IMG/VR virus record: IMGVR_UViG_3300021088_000008
Span: 9,219-73,218 of that record
Length of the DNA: 64,000 bases
Strand: one strand, 5' to 3'
Source of the DNA: a virus
Made by a program: the position numbers and the translations under genes. Shown in pieces: positions 38,100-47,985 of this stretch. Within the stretch, counting starts at the first letter, position 1; each line of letters begins with the position of its first letter. The notes under the pieces were generated by a model. That model was not told the origin of the DNA and did no database searches. It worked only from the letters and a program-made list of their open reading frames with translations.

Positions 38100-38773
38100 C
38101 GGACACAGGCGCGCCTTATCCGAAGTACGCCCCCGGCTTCACGCCCGGCTCGAATGCTATCGGGACTTTCGCCATAGGCGTGAGCCCATTGGGGATGATT
38201 CCGCCGTTCGATCCGTGGGACACCGTGATGTCCCAATATGCGAACTCACCAATCATCACCGGCCTGATCACATCGTTCAACGCTGCGATGGACCTGACGC
38301 AGTTCTACGAGCAGTTCCTCGAGAACGAAGTGGATATCACCACCGCCGTCGGCTATGGGCTCGATGTGCTAGGTCGGATCGTCGGTGTCACCCGCGTGCT
38401 GAAATTCTCCGGCTTGACGCCGAGCTTTGGGTTCAACGAGGCGAACAGTTGGACCGGATTCAACCAGGGCAGCTTCGCCAGCGGCTCATCGTCGGTGTCG
38501 AACTTCATCCTGCAGGATTCCGACTTCCGGCGGCTCATCCTGGCCAAAGCTGCAGGAAATATCTCCGACGGGTCAATCCAATCGACGAACAGCATCCTGC
38601 TGCAGCTTTTCCCCGGCCGCGGTACTGCCTACATCGCCGACAACCAGAATATGACGGCCACCTATACGTTCAGCTTTCCCCTGACACCGGTCGACCTCGC
38701 CATCCTGCAGACCCCTGGTGTCTTGCCCGATCCGGCTGGCGTCGGTATTAACATCACAGCCCCGCCGTCCTGA
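38096..38773 (+). CDS. Baseplate wedge protein (DUF2612 family)
   Basis: [24 protein letters not shown] and [11 protein letters not shown]. Confidence 0.85.
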   Translation: MTDTGAPYPKYAPGFTPGSNAIGTFAIGVSPLGMIPPFDPWDTVMSQYANSPIITGLITSFNAAMDLTQFYEQFLENEVDITTAVGYGLDVLGRIVGVTRVLKFSGLTPSFGFNEANSWTGFNQGSFASGSSSVSNFILQDSDFRRLILAKAAGNISDGSIQSTNSILLQLFPGRGTAYIADNQNMTATYTFSFPLTPVDLAILQTPGVLPDPAGVGINITAPPS

Positions 38774-38790
38774 TGGGAGAAAATTACCGC

Positions 38791-40005
38791 ATGAAGAACC
38801 GAATCATAGCGGCCCTTGTCGCGGCTCTGGCGCTGTTCACTGCGAGCGGCGCGGGCGCCATCCAACAGGCCAATGTCCCGCCAAAGTTCGCGCTGACCTG
38901 GGGCGCGTTTGCGGCTACCCCGTACATCCGATCGATTCCGCAGCCATCGCAGATCGGCATCACGAATTGTTCGGCGTCGCTCACGGACGGGTTTCCGCCG
39001 CTAACCTTCGTGCCTGCCGCAGCCGGCGGCTGCGCGCCGTTCGGGCAGGATTTCAACGGTATTCTTCGGCAGATCACGCAATGGGATCAGTGGACCTCCG
39101 CAGGCGGACCCACCTTCTATGATGCAACGTTCGCGACGGGTGCGGCGAATGGATACCCGAAAGGCGCTATTCTCCAATCCACGATCGTTCCGGGCGATTT
39201 CTGGTTATCGACCGCCGACAACAACACCTCAAATCCGGACACCGGCGGCGCGAATTGGGTGCCGTTGCCGAGCACATATCAGACCGGATCGATCGCATGG
39301 ACGTGGACGACTGTGCCCTCTGGATGGGTTAACCTGAACGCCTCGACTACGATAGGTAATGCGTCGTCCGGCGCGACAGTGGCCAACTCGACGACGCAAC
39401 TTCTGTACGTTCTGCTGTGGAACAATTGTTCCAACACGCAATGCCCGGTCACCGGAGGGCGCGGCGCGAATGCTGCGGCGGATTATGCCGCGAACAAGCA
39501 AATCTCTGTGTTCTCCATGGCCGGCTCCATGCAGATGGGGAACGACCAGGGCACAGGGGTTCTGAATAGCGTCCCGGTCATTTTCGGCGGCGGCCCGAAC
39601 TTCAATCTATCATTGATCGGCGAGGTCTTTCACACCAACACTGTCGGCGAACTCCCGGCGCACACGCACAACATCAACATCACGAGCAGCATCGAGAGTG
39701 CTGCCCACACACACACCGGATCAGGTACGACAGGAAACGATAGTCCGGATCATTTCCATTCGGTCGAGGGTTTCGGCGGCGGCGGTGCGAATGTCGCTGG
39801 CGGCGGCAGCTTCAACAATTCGAGCGTCAACACGTCAGGCGCCAATACGCGTCATCAGCACGCCTATTCGTTCACGACGAGCACCGAGAGCGCCAACCAC
39901 ACGCATGTCGTCAACGGCGCCACCGATGGCGGTAATGGACTTTTCAACACGCCGGCCAATAACACGCCTCGAGCCATGATCGGCATATGGATTATCAAGC
40001 TATGA
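38791..40005 (+). CDS. Tail fibre protein with a Sec-type signal peptide
   Basis: MKNRIIAALVAALALFTASGAGA|I. Fibre N-domain ASLTDGFPPLT..GQDFNGIL..GYPKGA, collar-like region, HxH repeats (HTH, HTH, HFH, HQH, HTH). Confidence 0.82.
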   Translation: MKNRIIAALVAALALFTASGAGAIQQANVPPKFALTWGAFAATPYIRSIPQPSQIGITNCSASLTDGFPPLTFVPAAAGGCAPFGQDFNGILRQITQWDQWTSAGGPTFYDATFATGAANGYPKGAILQSTIVPGDFWLSTADNNTSNPDTGGANWVPLPSTYQTGSIAWTWTTVPSGWVNLNASTTIGNASSGATVANSTTQLLYVLLWNNCSNTQCPVTGGRGANAAADYAANKQISVFSMAGSMQMGNDQGTGVLNSVPVIFGGGPNFNLSLIGEVFHTNTVGELPAHTHNINITSSIESAAHTHTGSGTTGNDSPDHFHSVEGFGGGGANVAGGGSFNNSSVNTSGANTRHQHAYSFTTSTESANHTHVVNGATDGGNGLFNTPANNTPRAMIGIWIIKL

Positions 40006-40883
40006 AACTCGCATCCCTGATCTTCGCCACCGTCATCATGTCGATTTTTTCGACTGGATTGGAGGCGGAACCCGCAAAGATTCTGAAATCCCAAGTGGGC
40101 CCGACGTTTCAGGCGGACGTCGCGGCCTATGCCAAGGAAATGATGGATTGGAAGGCTCACATGGCTGCGGTCGCTGCAGACAAGGCTGCCGGCGTGCCGA
40201 AGGAAAAGGCCCATGCGCCCTTCCCGCCGCCAATAGCTCCTGCCGACGTCGCCGCGGCGGTCGACGATACGGGCACACCGAACTATGTCATCGTCGACGA
40301 TGGCCCGACACCGGATCAAGTTCTTGCGGCGAAGAAACAGGCGCTGATCAGCGAGATCCAGGAGGCCGAGGTAGCGCAGATCGAGAAAGTCATCCCGGCG
40401 GCGAAGCTTCGCGCCGCCGAGTTTCGAGCCGCCGACATACAGGTGGCGGATGCCGCGGCAGTTGAGCAATCGCTGCGCGCGGTTGACAATGAGCGGAACA
40501 AGTTGGCCGCTCTCAATAGCCAGCAAGAGAAAATTGAAATGAAGTTGGCGGCCGAGCAGCCGGGACTGATCGGAGCGGCCATGCAATCTATGACCGGGCT
40601 CGGCGCGGTGATTGCCTCTGATCTGGCGGCAGCAAAAGCGCTTGATCAGCCGATCGCCGATCAGGCCGCGGTGGTGAAGCAGGCCGAGGCCGCCTACGCC
40701 GACCGGCCAGCCCTAATGGCGAAGACCAGATCACCCGCCGATCACGCCTTCATGCTGGCGCGAGAGGCCAACAGGAAGACGGTCGAATCGATTCACCGAT
40801 GGGCGGCGCAGGCGATGTCCGATGTTGCCGATCTGACCACGGCGAATGTCGATGCGTGGAAACTGCCACCGTTCCAGAACTGA
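40002..40883 (+). CDS. Helical fibre-associated / assembly protein with signal peptide
   Basis: MKLASLIFATVIMSIFSTGLEA|E. Directly downstream of the fibre gene. Confidence 0.6.
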   Translation: MKLASLIFATVIMSIFSTGLEAEPAKILKSQVGPTFQADVAAYAKEMMDWKAHMAAVAADKAAGVPKEKAHAPFPPPIAPADVAAAVDDTGTPNYVIVDDGPTPDQVLAAKKQALISEIQEAEVAQIEKVIPAAKLRAAEFRAADIQVADAAAVEQSLRAVDNERNKLAALNSQQEKIEMKLAAEQPGLIGAAMQSMTGLGAVIASDLAAAKALDQPIADQAAVVKQAEAAYADRPALMAKTRSPADHAFMLAREANRKTVESIHRWAAQAMSDVADLTTANVDAWKLPPFQN

Positions 40884-40892
40884 GGGGAATCG

Positions 40893-43103
40893 ATGCGCCA
40901 TTTCAAAGCGGCCCTCTTCGCGTTGCTGGCGCTCCTGCCGAGCGCCGCGCTGGCGCAAAGTCTGCCGCCATGGCCGATCACGACATATGGATATGTTGCG
41001 AGCCCGGCGCAGTGGGGCGTGCTCGCCACCATGAAGCAAGACTACCTCGGCGCACCTCCGGTCTTGACGTCCGGCGGAATCATGACCGGCGAGTTGACCA
41101 CGGCGCCCGCGACTGCATCGAGGTCGGGATTCAATTGTCCTCCTGGCGTGGCGCCGACGTCACCTGTCAACGGTGATATTTGGTGTACCAATGCCGGTGT
41201 GTTCTCTCAAGTTAACGGATCGACGATCGGTCCGCTGATAGGTGGCGGATCATCAACATTCACGGGAACGTCTCCCATTGTTCCGACGTTTCCAGGCGGA
41301 GGCGTCGTTAATTACGCATTCAATTTCTCGGTTTCAAATACGTTCCTGGCGAATCAAACCGGGCAGGGCGCGACCACGACTCAGCCAGGATGGTATGCAC
41401 AGATCTCCGGAGACACATTCGCTCGTGCGCGCATCGGTCCCAATTCGGCTGATGTTGCGGCAGTAAGCTTCGGACCGGGCAATGCCGCGCGAGACACCCA
41501 CATTGAGAGAGCGGCGCCAGCTACGTTGCGCCTTGGATCCACCGATGCAGCGGCTCCGATCGCCCAAACGCTTATCGTGCAGAACGTCATCGCTGGAACG
41601 TCAAATACGGCTGGAACAAATCTAACGATTAATGGGTCACAGGGGACTGGAACCGGTGGCGGCGGCTCCATTATCTTTCAGGTTGCCCCGTCCGGAAGCA
41701 CTGGGACCGCACAGAATGCACTGTCTCCGGCCCTGACTCTGAACAGTTCTAAGTTGGCAACATTCGGTGGTCACGTCTCAATTGAAGGAGTTACGTCCGC
41801 CGGGGCCACCGGCACCGGAAATTTGGTGTTTGGATCGTTACCGACGATATCAACGCCGACTATCGCAGGCGGCGCGCTATCTGGCACATTCTCAGGAACG
41901 CCAACATTCTCTGGCGCGAATTTCCTAACCCTGTCAAATCTTGCGCAATCGTCGGCCGGCGCCCAATTCCTCGGTGTTTCCGGAGCATCTACCGCTAACT
42001 ATGCGCCATTCACGCTGGCTAGCCTCGCCAATTTGGCTTCTCCTAGCCCGACGCTTGATCTGATCCCGATCACCGACCATACGACCGGAACCATAAAAAA
42101 CGTGACGCCAGCCGCGATCGCAGGATCGGTGGTTTCCGGTGTCGCGACCCTGAACAGCCAGACCGGGAACCTCGTCGGATGGACGCCGCCGCAGGGGCGC
42201 CTCAGTCTCAGCACCGCAGCAGTCATGACCGCGAGCGTTGCCGGCGCTACGGCTATCAACTATGTGGCTTACACCGGCCACAACGTTCCGATCTACAACG
42301 GAACTGCCGTCGTGCAGGCCCAGATCTGCGCAGCGAATACTATCGGGAATTGCTTGCTATCCGTGACGCTCGGGAGCAACTGGCTAGCCAGCACGTTCTA
42401 TGATTGGCTGATCGCATGGAACAGTGGAACGCCAACACTGTGCAGCGTCGCATGGACCAATTCGACGACGCGGGCGACGGCGCTCACCCCGATAGATGGC
42501 CTGAACACCAATGCGTCGTCATTCACATGCGCCACCGGCAACAGCACAAGCATCACCGTTCCAGCAAACCAGGGAACTTACGTCGGGACGTGCGAAACTG
42601 GATTGGCCGGACAGTTTAATCACATCTATGGCGGCACGGCTGCCGGCGGCACGGCGGCCTTCATAGGGTGCTGGAATGCCTTCAACCGGATCCAGCAGCG
42701 AACAATCGTCAGCGATACAACGGCATCATGGACCTATGCCGTCGCACTCACGTGGCGCGCCGCAAACGCCGGGCTGCCGGCCCACGTACAGGGAACATTC
42801 GTGAGAGGCCTCGCAGAGGATAGCCTTGTGGGAACCTACTATGGGTTCTCGCAGCCGGGCGCCGGATCGGCATCTGCCGTCGGCGTTGGATTGGATTCCA
42901 CAACGACGCCATGCGGGATAACGATGCCGGCCACACAAGCTGCCGTCAATCAGGCCGTAACAGCGAACTGCGCTTCGATTCCAGGGATTGGCGCTCATGT
43001 CATGGCCGCCCTCGAATGGAACTTCAATACGACTGCTGGTACGTTCTACGGACTTCCGAATGCTGGCGGTCAAACCGGACTTGAAATGGTCTTCTCATAC
43101 TGA
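40893..43103 (+). CDS. Long fibre-like protein with signal peptide
   Basis: MRHFKAALFALLALLPSAALA|Q. KQDYLG, PTSPVNGDIW, TGTGNLVF and PQGRLSL..GTYVGT..WNAFNR. Confidence 0.75.
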   Translation: MRHFKAALFALLALLPSAALAQSLPPWPITTYGYVASPAQWGVLATMKQDYLGAPPVLTSGGIMTGELTTAPATASRSGFNCPPGVAPTSPVNGDIWCTNAGVFSQVNGSTIGPLIGGGSSTFTGTSPIVPTFPGGGVVNYAFNFSVSNTFLANQTGQGATTTQPGWYAQISGDTFARARIGPNSADVAAVSFGPGNAARDTHIERAAPATLRLGSTDAAAPIAQTLIVQNVIAGTSNTAGTNLTINGSQGTGTGGGGSIIFQVAPSGSTGTAQNALSPALTLNSSKLATFGGHVSIEGVTSAGATGTGNLVFGSLPTISTPTIAGGALSGTFSGTPTFSGANFLTLSNLAQSSAGAQFLGVSGASTANYAPFTLASLANLASPSPTLDLIPITDHTTGTIKNVTPAAIAGSVVSGVATLNSQTGNLVGWTPPQGRLSLSTAAVMTASVAGATAINYVAYTGHNVPIYNGTAVVQAQICAANTIGNCLLSVTLGSNWLASTFYDWLIAWNSGTPTLCSVAWTNSTTRATALTPIDGLNTNASSFTCATGNSTSITVPANQGTYVGTCETGLAGQFNHIYGGTAAGGTAAFIGCWNAFNRIQQRTIVSDTTASWTYAVALTWRAANAGLPAHVQGTFVRGLAEDSLVGTYYGFSQPGAGSASAVGVGLDSTTTPCGITMPATQAAVNQAVTANCASIPGIGAHVMAALEWNFNTTAGTFYGLPNAGGQTGLEMVFSY

Positions 43104-43114
43104 GGTAAGATTTC

Positions 43115-44050
43115 ATGCTATATGCTCGGATCATCGTTCTTCTATTTCTCGCCTTCATCATCAGCCCGGCACTAGCGCAGCGCGGTTCATCATCGCCCGA
43201 TCCTAACCAATTGAATACGAACTTTCCCGTTAGCATCGGATGTACGATCAATCCAAATGTCAATGCCGTAACGCTGCAAGCCAGCCAGATTCCAAATCCG
43301 GCCAACCATTATCTTGTTGCGATCGTCGACGGGCAGTCCAACGGCACCAACATCATCCCCACGACCTACACGCCAACGAACGCGTCTGCTATCCTGCAGA
43401 TGAACATCGGTGATGGAGGTGTCTATTCGATTTCGGACCCGGTTCTTGGGACATGCCTCAACGCGGCTGGTTCTGGTTGGAGTATGCTGCAGCTTTTTGA
43501 CGCCTTGATCACGGCGGGTAAATTCGACCACGTCCTCGTTGAGCCTATCAACGTCGATGGCACGGCGGTTGCCGACCACGCGAGCGGATTTCTTCAAGGC
43601 AGGTTGGCTACGGCAATCAATCGTCTCGCCGCGAAGGGCTGGGTTGCCGGAACCAACATCACAGTGATCGTGATCTGGATGCAGGGCGAGAGTGACAATC
43701 TAGCGGGAACCACTCAGGCAAATTACACGAGCACATTGAACTCTCTTATCGCGCAGAGCCGAGCCGCCGGGTTTGCTGGGCCATGGTTTGTTCCGGAAGA
43801 AACTTGGGATAACGGTGCGGCATCGACCGCCGTGCAGCTTGCACAGACGAGTGTATCACCAAGCGGCGTGATCAACACTTCCGCGAGCGTCTATCCGGGC
43901 CCCAACCTTGACGCTCTGGTTGGATCGATATGCACAGGGTCGGCGGCATGTCGACAGGCCGATAATACGCACTTCACGACCGCAGCACGTGCTAATGTCA
44001 CGTCGGTATGGCAGACCGCACTTCACGCCGCATTGCCATCCATTTTTTAG
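43115..44050 (+). CDS. SGNH/SASA-type carbohydrate esterase with signal peptide
   Basis: GQSN, WMQGESD and DNTHF motifs. Signal ends ALA|Q. Confidence 0.82.
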   Translation: MLYARIIVLLFLAFIISPALAQRGSSSPDPNQLNTNFPVSIGCTINPNVNAVTLQASQIPNPANHYLVAIVDGQSNGTNIIPTTYTPTNASAILQMNIGDGGVYSISDPVLGTCLNAAGSGWSMLQLFDALITAGKFDHVLVEPINVDGTAVADHASGFLQGRLATAINRLAAKGWVAGTNITVIVIWMQGESDNLAGTTQANYTSTLNSLIAQSRAAGFAGPWFVPEETWDNGAASTAVQLAQTSVSPSGVINTSASVYPGPNLDALVGSICTGSAACRQADNTHFTTAARANVTSVWQTALHAALPSIF

Positions 44051-44059
44051 GAGTTTCCG

Positions 44060-44914
44060 ATGCGCCATCCTTTCGAGATCCTGAAGCCGGAATATTCGCA
44101 GTTGCTCTCTGCGATGGTGATCCGGAAGGAATGCCGCGCCGAGGTCGACCACGTCGCGATGAAGTTGGTCGGGTTCAAGCCTCGGTATCAGTCCGTGAGC
44201 GTGGCGACCGGCGTGCCGATCGTCTTCATGGCTACGCTATTCGAGCGCGAGGCCGGTTCTGATTTCACGAGAAACGCAGGTCAAGGCTGGCCTTTGAATA
44301 GCATATCGCGGGACATTCCCAAGAACGGACCCTTCCGGACGTGGGCAGATTCGGCGATTGCTGCGTACCATCTCAATGGACTCGATCGCGTTGGCGCGCC
44401 CAACTGGATCTGGGAATTGATCTGCTTCTATGGAGAACTTTTTAACGGGTTTGGACCGCGCGACGAGCATCATCAGCACACCAGCTATCTATGGGGAGGA
44501 ACGAACATTCAGACCCCTGGCAAATACGTGAGAGATCACGTTTACGATCCAACCGTGATGGACGAGCAGTTGGGTATCATCCCGGTCGCCCGCCGAATGG
44601 TCGAGATCGACCCGTCGCTGGCGTTGCCGAGCGCTGCGATCGCACCGCCGATCCATTCCGGCATTGCGGCGCCTGAGACCGGCGTCGATACGAAGTGGGT
44701 TCAGACCGCCCTGAACAAGATCGGCTGGGAGCCTCCGCTGCACGTCGATGGCAGCTATGGCGACAAGACGAAAAAGGCGGTGGAGCATTTCCAGCGTTCC
44801 TACAATCTCACGGTTGACTTCGCCGGGCCTGAGACTGTTGCCGCGCTCAAGGAAGCGCTGGCCGCGCTCGACGCGCCGAAGGAAGAGCCAGCGGCACCGA
44901 AGGTTGCGACGTGA
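44060..44914 (+). CDS. Endolysin (lysozyme-like domain + peptidoglycan-binding domain)
   Basis: ERE catalytic region, ELFNGFG, SYLWGGTN, GKYVRDHVYD. C-terminal WVQTALN..L.VDGSYG..TKKAV..FQ. Confidence 0.85.
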   Translation: MRHPFEILKPEYSQLLSAMVIRKECRAEVDHVAMKLVGFKPRYQSVSVATGVPIVFMATLFEREAGSDFTRNAGQGWPLNSISRDIPKNGPFRTWADSAIAAYHLNGLDRVGAPNWIWELICFYGELFNGFGPRDEHHQHTSYLWGGTNIQTPGKYVRDHVYDPTVMDEQLGIIPVARRMVEIDPSLALPSAAIAPPIHSGIAAPETGVDTKWVQTALNKIGWEPPLHVDGSYGDKTKKAVEHFQRSYNLTVDFAGPETVAALKEALAALDAPKEEPAAPKVAT

Positions 44915-45114
44915 GCCTGTCCAGGGCGGAGATGCTCCAGGCGGTCAAGGATGGTCTGATCGACGCGACCAAGTCGCGCGCGGCGAACTGCGCCACCAAC
45001 GGCATCGGCGAGGGCGTTCCCGCCGCTGCGGCGCAGTTCGAGAACGGCATGAAAGAGCTGAAAGACGCTTACGTCGCGTTCTGCGCCGTGATAGACAGAA
45101 TTTTCCCCGAATAG
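44911..45114 (+). CDS. Hypothetical protein
   Basis: GTGA overlap, 67 aa. Confidence 0.5.
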   Translation: MSLSRAEMLQAVKDGLIDATKSRAANCATNGIGEGVPAAAAQFENGMKELKDAYVAFCAVIDRIFPE

Positions 45115-45123
45115 GAGATCCTG

Positions 45124-45840
45124 ATGCGCCGACTTCTCATCGTACCGGCCCTGCTGCTGTCCTTGGTTCTGCCGGCGGCCGCGCAGTTCAACAACATCCA
45201 TCCCGAAGGCGTTCCAATGCCGACTTCGGCCGATGTGGTCGCGTCCCAGAGGGTGGGTGGTCCGGTCGCGATCGGCCAGGCGCAGTTGCAGAAGGACGAT
45301 GGCGGCAAGGTTGCGCTGATCTCGGCGCCGGCACCGCCCTCTGGAGGCCTGATCCAGTTTTCCGCCTTCGGCTGGCTTGAGCCGTACGTCGACTCGGCCG
45401 CCAATGCCTTGATCCTGGCGCTCGTCGGGTACATGGCAACCGTGCTCAAGACGAAATGGAATATCGACCTCGATCAGGGGCATCGCAACGCGCTGACGAC
45501 GTTCCTGCAGAACCGCGCTGCATCGCTGATCTCCGATGGCGCCGTTAGAATGAGCGGTAAGTCCGTGCAGGTCGATAACGCGATGCTGGCGCGCGCGGCA
45601 AATCAGGCGTCGCTGGCAATACCCGGCGTGCTGAAGCGATTCGGCCTGACCCCGGACGTGGTCGCCGCCAAAATCATCGACGCCATCCCGCAGACGACCG
45701 CGGGAGCTGCCATCATCGCCGACGCGCACAAGGACAGCCCGGAGCCGCCGGTAACGGTCACCGACCGCCCCATTGTGCCCTCGGCGAACGCCGCACCGAG
45801 CTTCCTCGTTCCCCCCACGGCGCCGCTGACGGCTGCATGA
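45124..45840 (+). CDS. Membrane protein, possible holin-like
   Basis: AGGAG RBS, signal peptide plus internal TM segment, next to the endolysin. Confidence 0.55.
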   Translation: MRRLLIVPALLLSLVLPAAAQFNNIHPEGVPMPTSADVVASQRVGGPVAIGQAQLQKDDGGKVALISAPAPPSGGLIQFSAFGWLEPYVDSAANALILALVGYMATVLKTKWNIDLDQGHRNALTTFLQNRAASLISDGAVRMSGKSVQVDNAMLARAANQASLAIPGVLKRFGLTPDVVAAKIIDAIPQTTAGAAIIADAHKDSPEPPVTVTDRPIVPSANAAPSFLVPPTAPLTAA

Positions 45841-46079
45841 ACCGGGTCATTGCGGCGCTGCTGGCCTCGGTGGCGCCTGCGGCCGCGGCCGAGCACATGG
45901 TGATGTTTTCGGTCGCTCCGGATTGCTGCACCACCACCGCTCAGGTCCGCGGCGTGCCATTCTCTCTGGATTCGGGACAGCGGTTTTGGATCCCGCAATC
46001 GTGGTCCAAAGATGCTATCGAGGCCGGCTATCATCCCTGCGGCCGCTATGGCTGCGAGCAGCCCAATGAGCGGCGGTGA
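45837..46079 (+). CDS. Small exported Cys-rich protein
   Basis: MNRVIAALLASVAPAAAA|E, 4 Cys. Confidence 0.5.
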   Translation: MNRVIAALLASVAPAAAAEHMVMFSVAPDCCTTTAQVRGVPFSLDSGQRFWIPQSWSKDAIEAGYHPCGRYGCEQPNERR

Positions 46080-46196
46080 TGCAGAAATGGCACGGTGGGA
46101 GATAATCTGACCCGAATTGCCGCATTTCCTCTTCGACCTGACGTGGTCGGCGCGTACCTTCCCGCGCATTCCGTCACCCCCTTGAGAGGACACCCC

Positions 46197-46937
46197 ATGA
46201 AGAACTTCCTCCGCATTGCGGCGATCGCCGCAGCTTTCCTGGCCGGTCCCGCGCTCGCTGCGGACCTTGCCGTGAAGGCGCCAGCAGCCCCCGTCTTCAC
46301 CGGATACCCGTTCGGCACCTCCGGCTTCTACGCCGGCATCTTCACGGAGGCGGGCGGCGGCCCGGTGGTCGCCAGTGTCCCCGGCGTCAATCCGGCTAGC
46401 CTGACCACGACCACAGCAGGTGTTGGCCTGAATGCCGGCTATGCCTGGGGCAGCAAGACCAGCATGTTCGCCTATGCGATCGAGGGCAAAGTCTCCGCGA
46501 CCAATTTCAACGGCGCGAATCAGGGTTTCTCGGTCTCAGGTCCAGTTTCGTTCGAGGGTACCGGTCTGATCTGGACGCCCGTTTCAACCATCCAGAATGC
46601 ACTCGGGCTGCTGAGCCTGCCGAATCCGTTCAGCAGCGTCGCGCCCTTCCCGCTACTCCCGGTCGGCGTGACCGCCAGCAATGTCCAAACCGGGTTCGGC
46701 GCCGGCTTCCGCGCCGACGACGTGACGGTGGCATTTCTCGGCGCCGGATCGAACAAGGTCTGGTCGTTCTCGCCCAAGATCGAGTTCGACCTGATGGAAC
46801 AGCTCAGCAACGGTTCGGCCGTTCGCGAATATGTCGAGACCGTATTTCAAAATAAGGGCGTCACGTTCGGCGGCCCGGTCGGAGTAACGTCGACCGTGGG
46901 CACGAAGTATCTCGCCGGCGTCGCCGTCGAGTTCTGA
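46197..46937 (+). CDS. Outer-membrane beta-barrel protein (RopB/Omp25-like)
   Basis: Signal ending ALA|ADLAVKAP, SGFYAG, GLNAGYAW, alternating beta strands, C-terminal Phe. Confidence 0.75.
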   Translation: MKNFLRIAAIAAAFLAGPALAADLAVKAPAAPVFTGYPFGTSGFYAGIFTEAGGGPVVASVPGVNPASLTTTTAGVGLNAGYAWGSKTSMFAYAIEGKVSATNFNGANQGFSVSGPVSFEGTGLIWTPVSTIQNALGLLSLPNPFSSVAPFPLLPVGVTASNVQTGFGAGFRADDVTVAFLGAGSNKVWSFSPKIEFDLMEQLSNGSAVREYVETVFQNKGVTFGGPVGVTSTVGTKYLAGVAVEF

Positions 46938-47062
46938 TCGGATCGCGCGCGTCGCGCGAATCATGACAACTGATGCAACCGGCCTTGATTCCATATATGC
47001 AGGAATCAGGGCCGTTTGTTTTTGGTCGCCCAGGACAATTTCGGAGAGTAGGATGCTACCCG

Positions 47063-47359
47063 ATGACCCTGGAGAACTTGGGCGATTTTCTCGAAAAAGT
47101 GTTCGCGTTCATCGCAGCACATGGGATCGCTGGAGCCTTCGCGATCCTGTGGGTGTCCGCGGAGTTCAGGTGGTGGATGGAACGGGACGAGCGGAAATCG
47201 GCGCAGGCCGAGTTGAAGCAGGTGTCGAGAGACACCACCGAATCAATGAACGACACCGCGAGCGCAATCGACAAGATGGCCGAAGCGCAGCGATCGACGA
47301 ACGGAATTTTCGATCGAGTTCTAAACGTGAAGCCGACGAACGGGCGAGGCCGGCGATGA
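47063..47359 (+). CDS. Membrane protein (holin-like candidate)
   Basis: N-terminal TM followed by a coiled coil. Confidence 0.55.
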   Translation: MTLENLGDFLEKVFAFIAAHGIAGAFAILWVSAEFRWWMERDERKSAQAELKQVSRDTTESMNDTASAIDKMAEAQRSTNGIFDRVLNVKPTNGRGRR

Positions 47360-47541
47360 CCACGTGGGTGAGGCTCTGGGAAAAGCTGACGGGGCGTCCC
47401 CATCGGCTTAACGATTCGGAGCGCGTGCACGTCGCACGACAGCGGCTGAAAGAGCGAACCTCCATCCTGTCGGCCAAACTTGACCCTCTCATTGCCATCG
47501 CAATCTACTTCACTACCGACGATCAGAAGGAAGATGAATGA
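47356..47541 (+). CDS. Hypothetical protein
   Basis: ATGA overlaps on both sides. Confidence 0.5.
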   Translation: MTTWVRLWEKLTGRPHRLNDSERVHVARQRLKERTSILSAKLDPLIAIAIYFTTDDQKEDE

Positions 47542-47981
47542 TGCAGGCCTTGATCGCTCTCAACGAATACGCGAACACAGAGTCGGCCATCGTCGCTGTG
47601 ATTATGCTCCTCGTTTTGTTCGTCTACATTTACGAGCTGTTCCGGCTTCTGAGCGGGCATCTCAGCCCGATCAAGTTCGAACGATTCGACGAAGATGACA
47701 TATATCAATGCCTGATTGGCGTCGCTGGGATGCTGTGCTTCGAGGGCGCCGGCGCCGCCATCACGCGGGTCACCGTCTGGTATTGGCGCCGGATCGGGAT
47801 CGGAGGTGGGGGCGGTCCTATGAACTCCACCCAGGTCACGCTGATGATCATCGGGGCGTTCTTCCTGATCATCGGGCGCGTCGGGGTGACCTATTTCCTG
47901 ACGCAACGCGCGCTCGGGAATTGGCCGTGGATGCTGTCGGTCGCGGCCGTTGTAGTCTCGACGGCATGGTATTGGGGTTAA
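47538..47981 (+). CDS. Four-TM membrane protein
   Basis: Four hydrophobic segments. Confidence 0.65.
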   Translation: MMQALIALNEYANTESAIVAVIMLLVLFVYIYELFRLLSGHLSPIKFERFDEDDIYQCLIGVAGMLCFEGAGAAITRVTVWYWRRIGIGGGGGPMNSTQVTLMIIGAFFLIIGRVGVTYFLTQRALGNWPWMLSVAAVVVSTAWYWG

Positions 47982-47985
47982 ATCG

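Noticed and set aside
38791-43103. Diversity-generating retroelement or invertible fibre cassette
   Set aside because: No reverse transcriptase, invertase or TR/VR repeat pair was seen.
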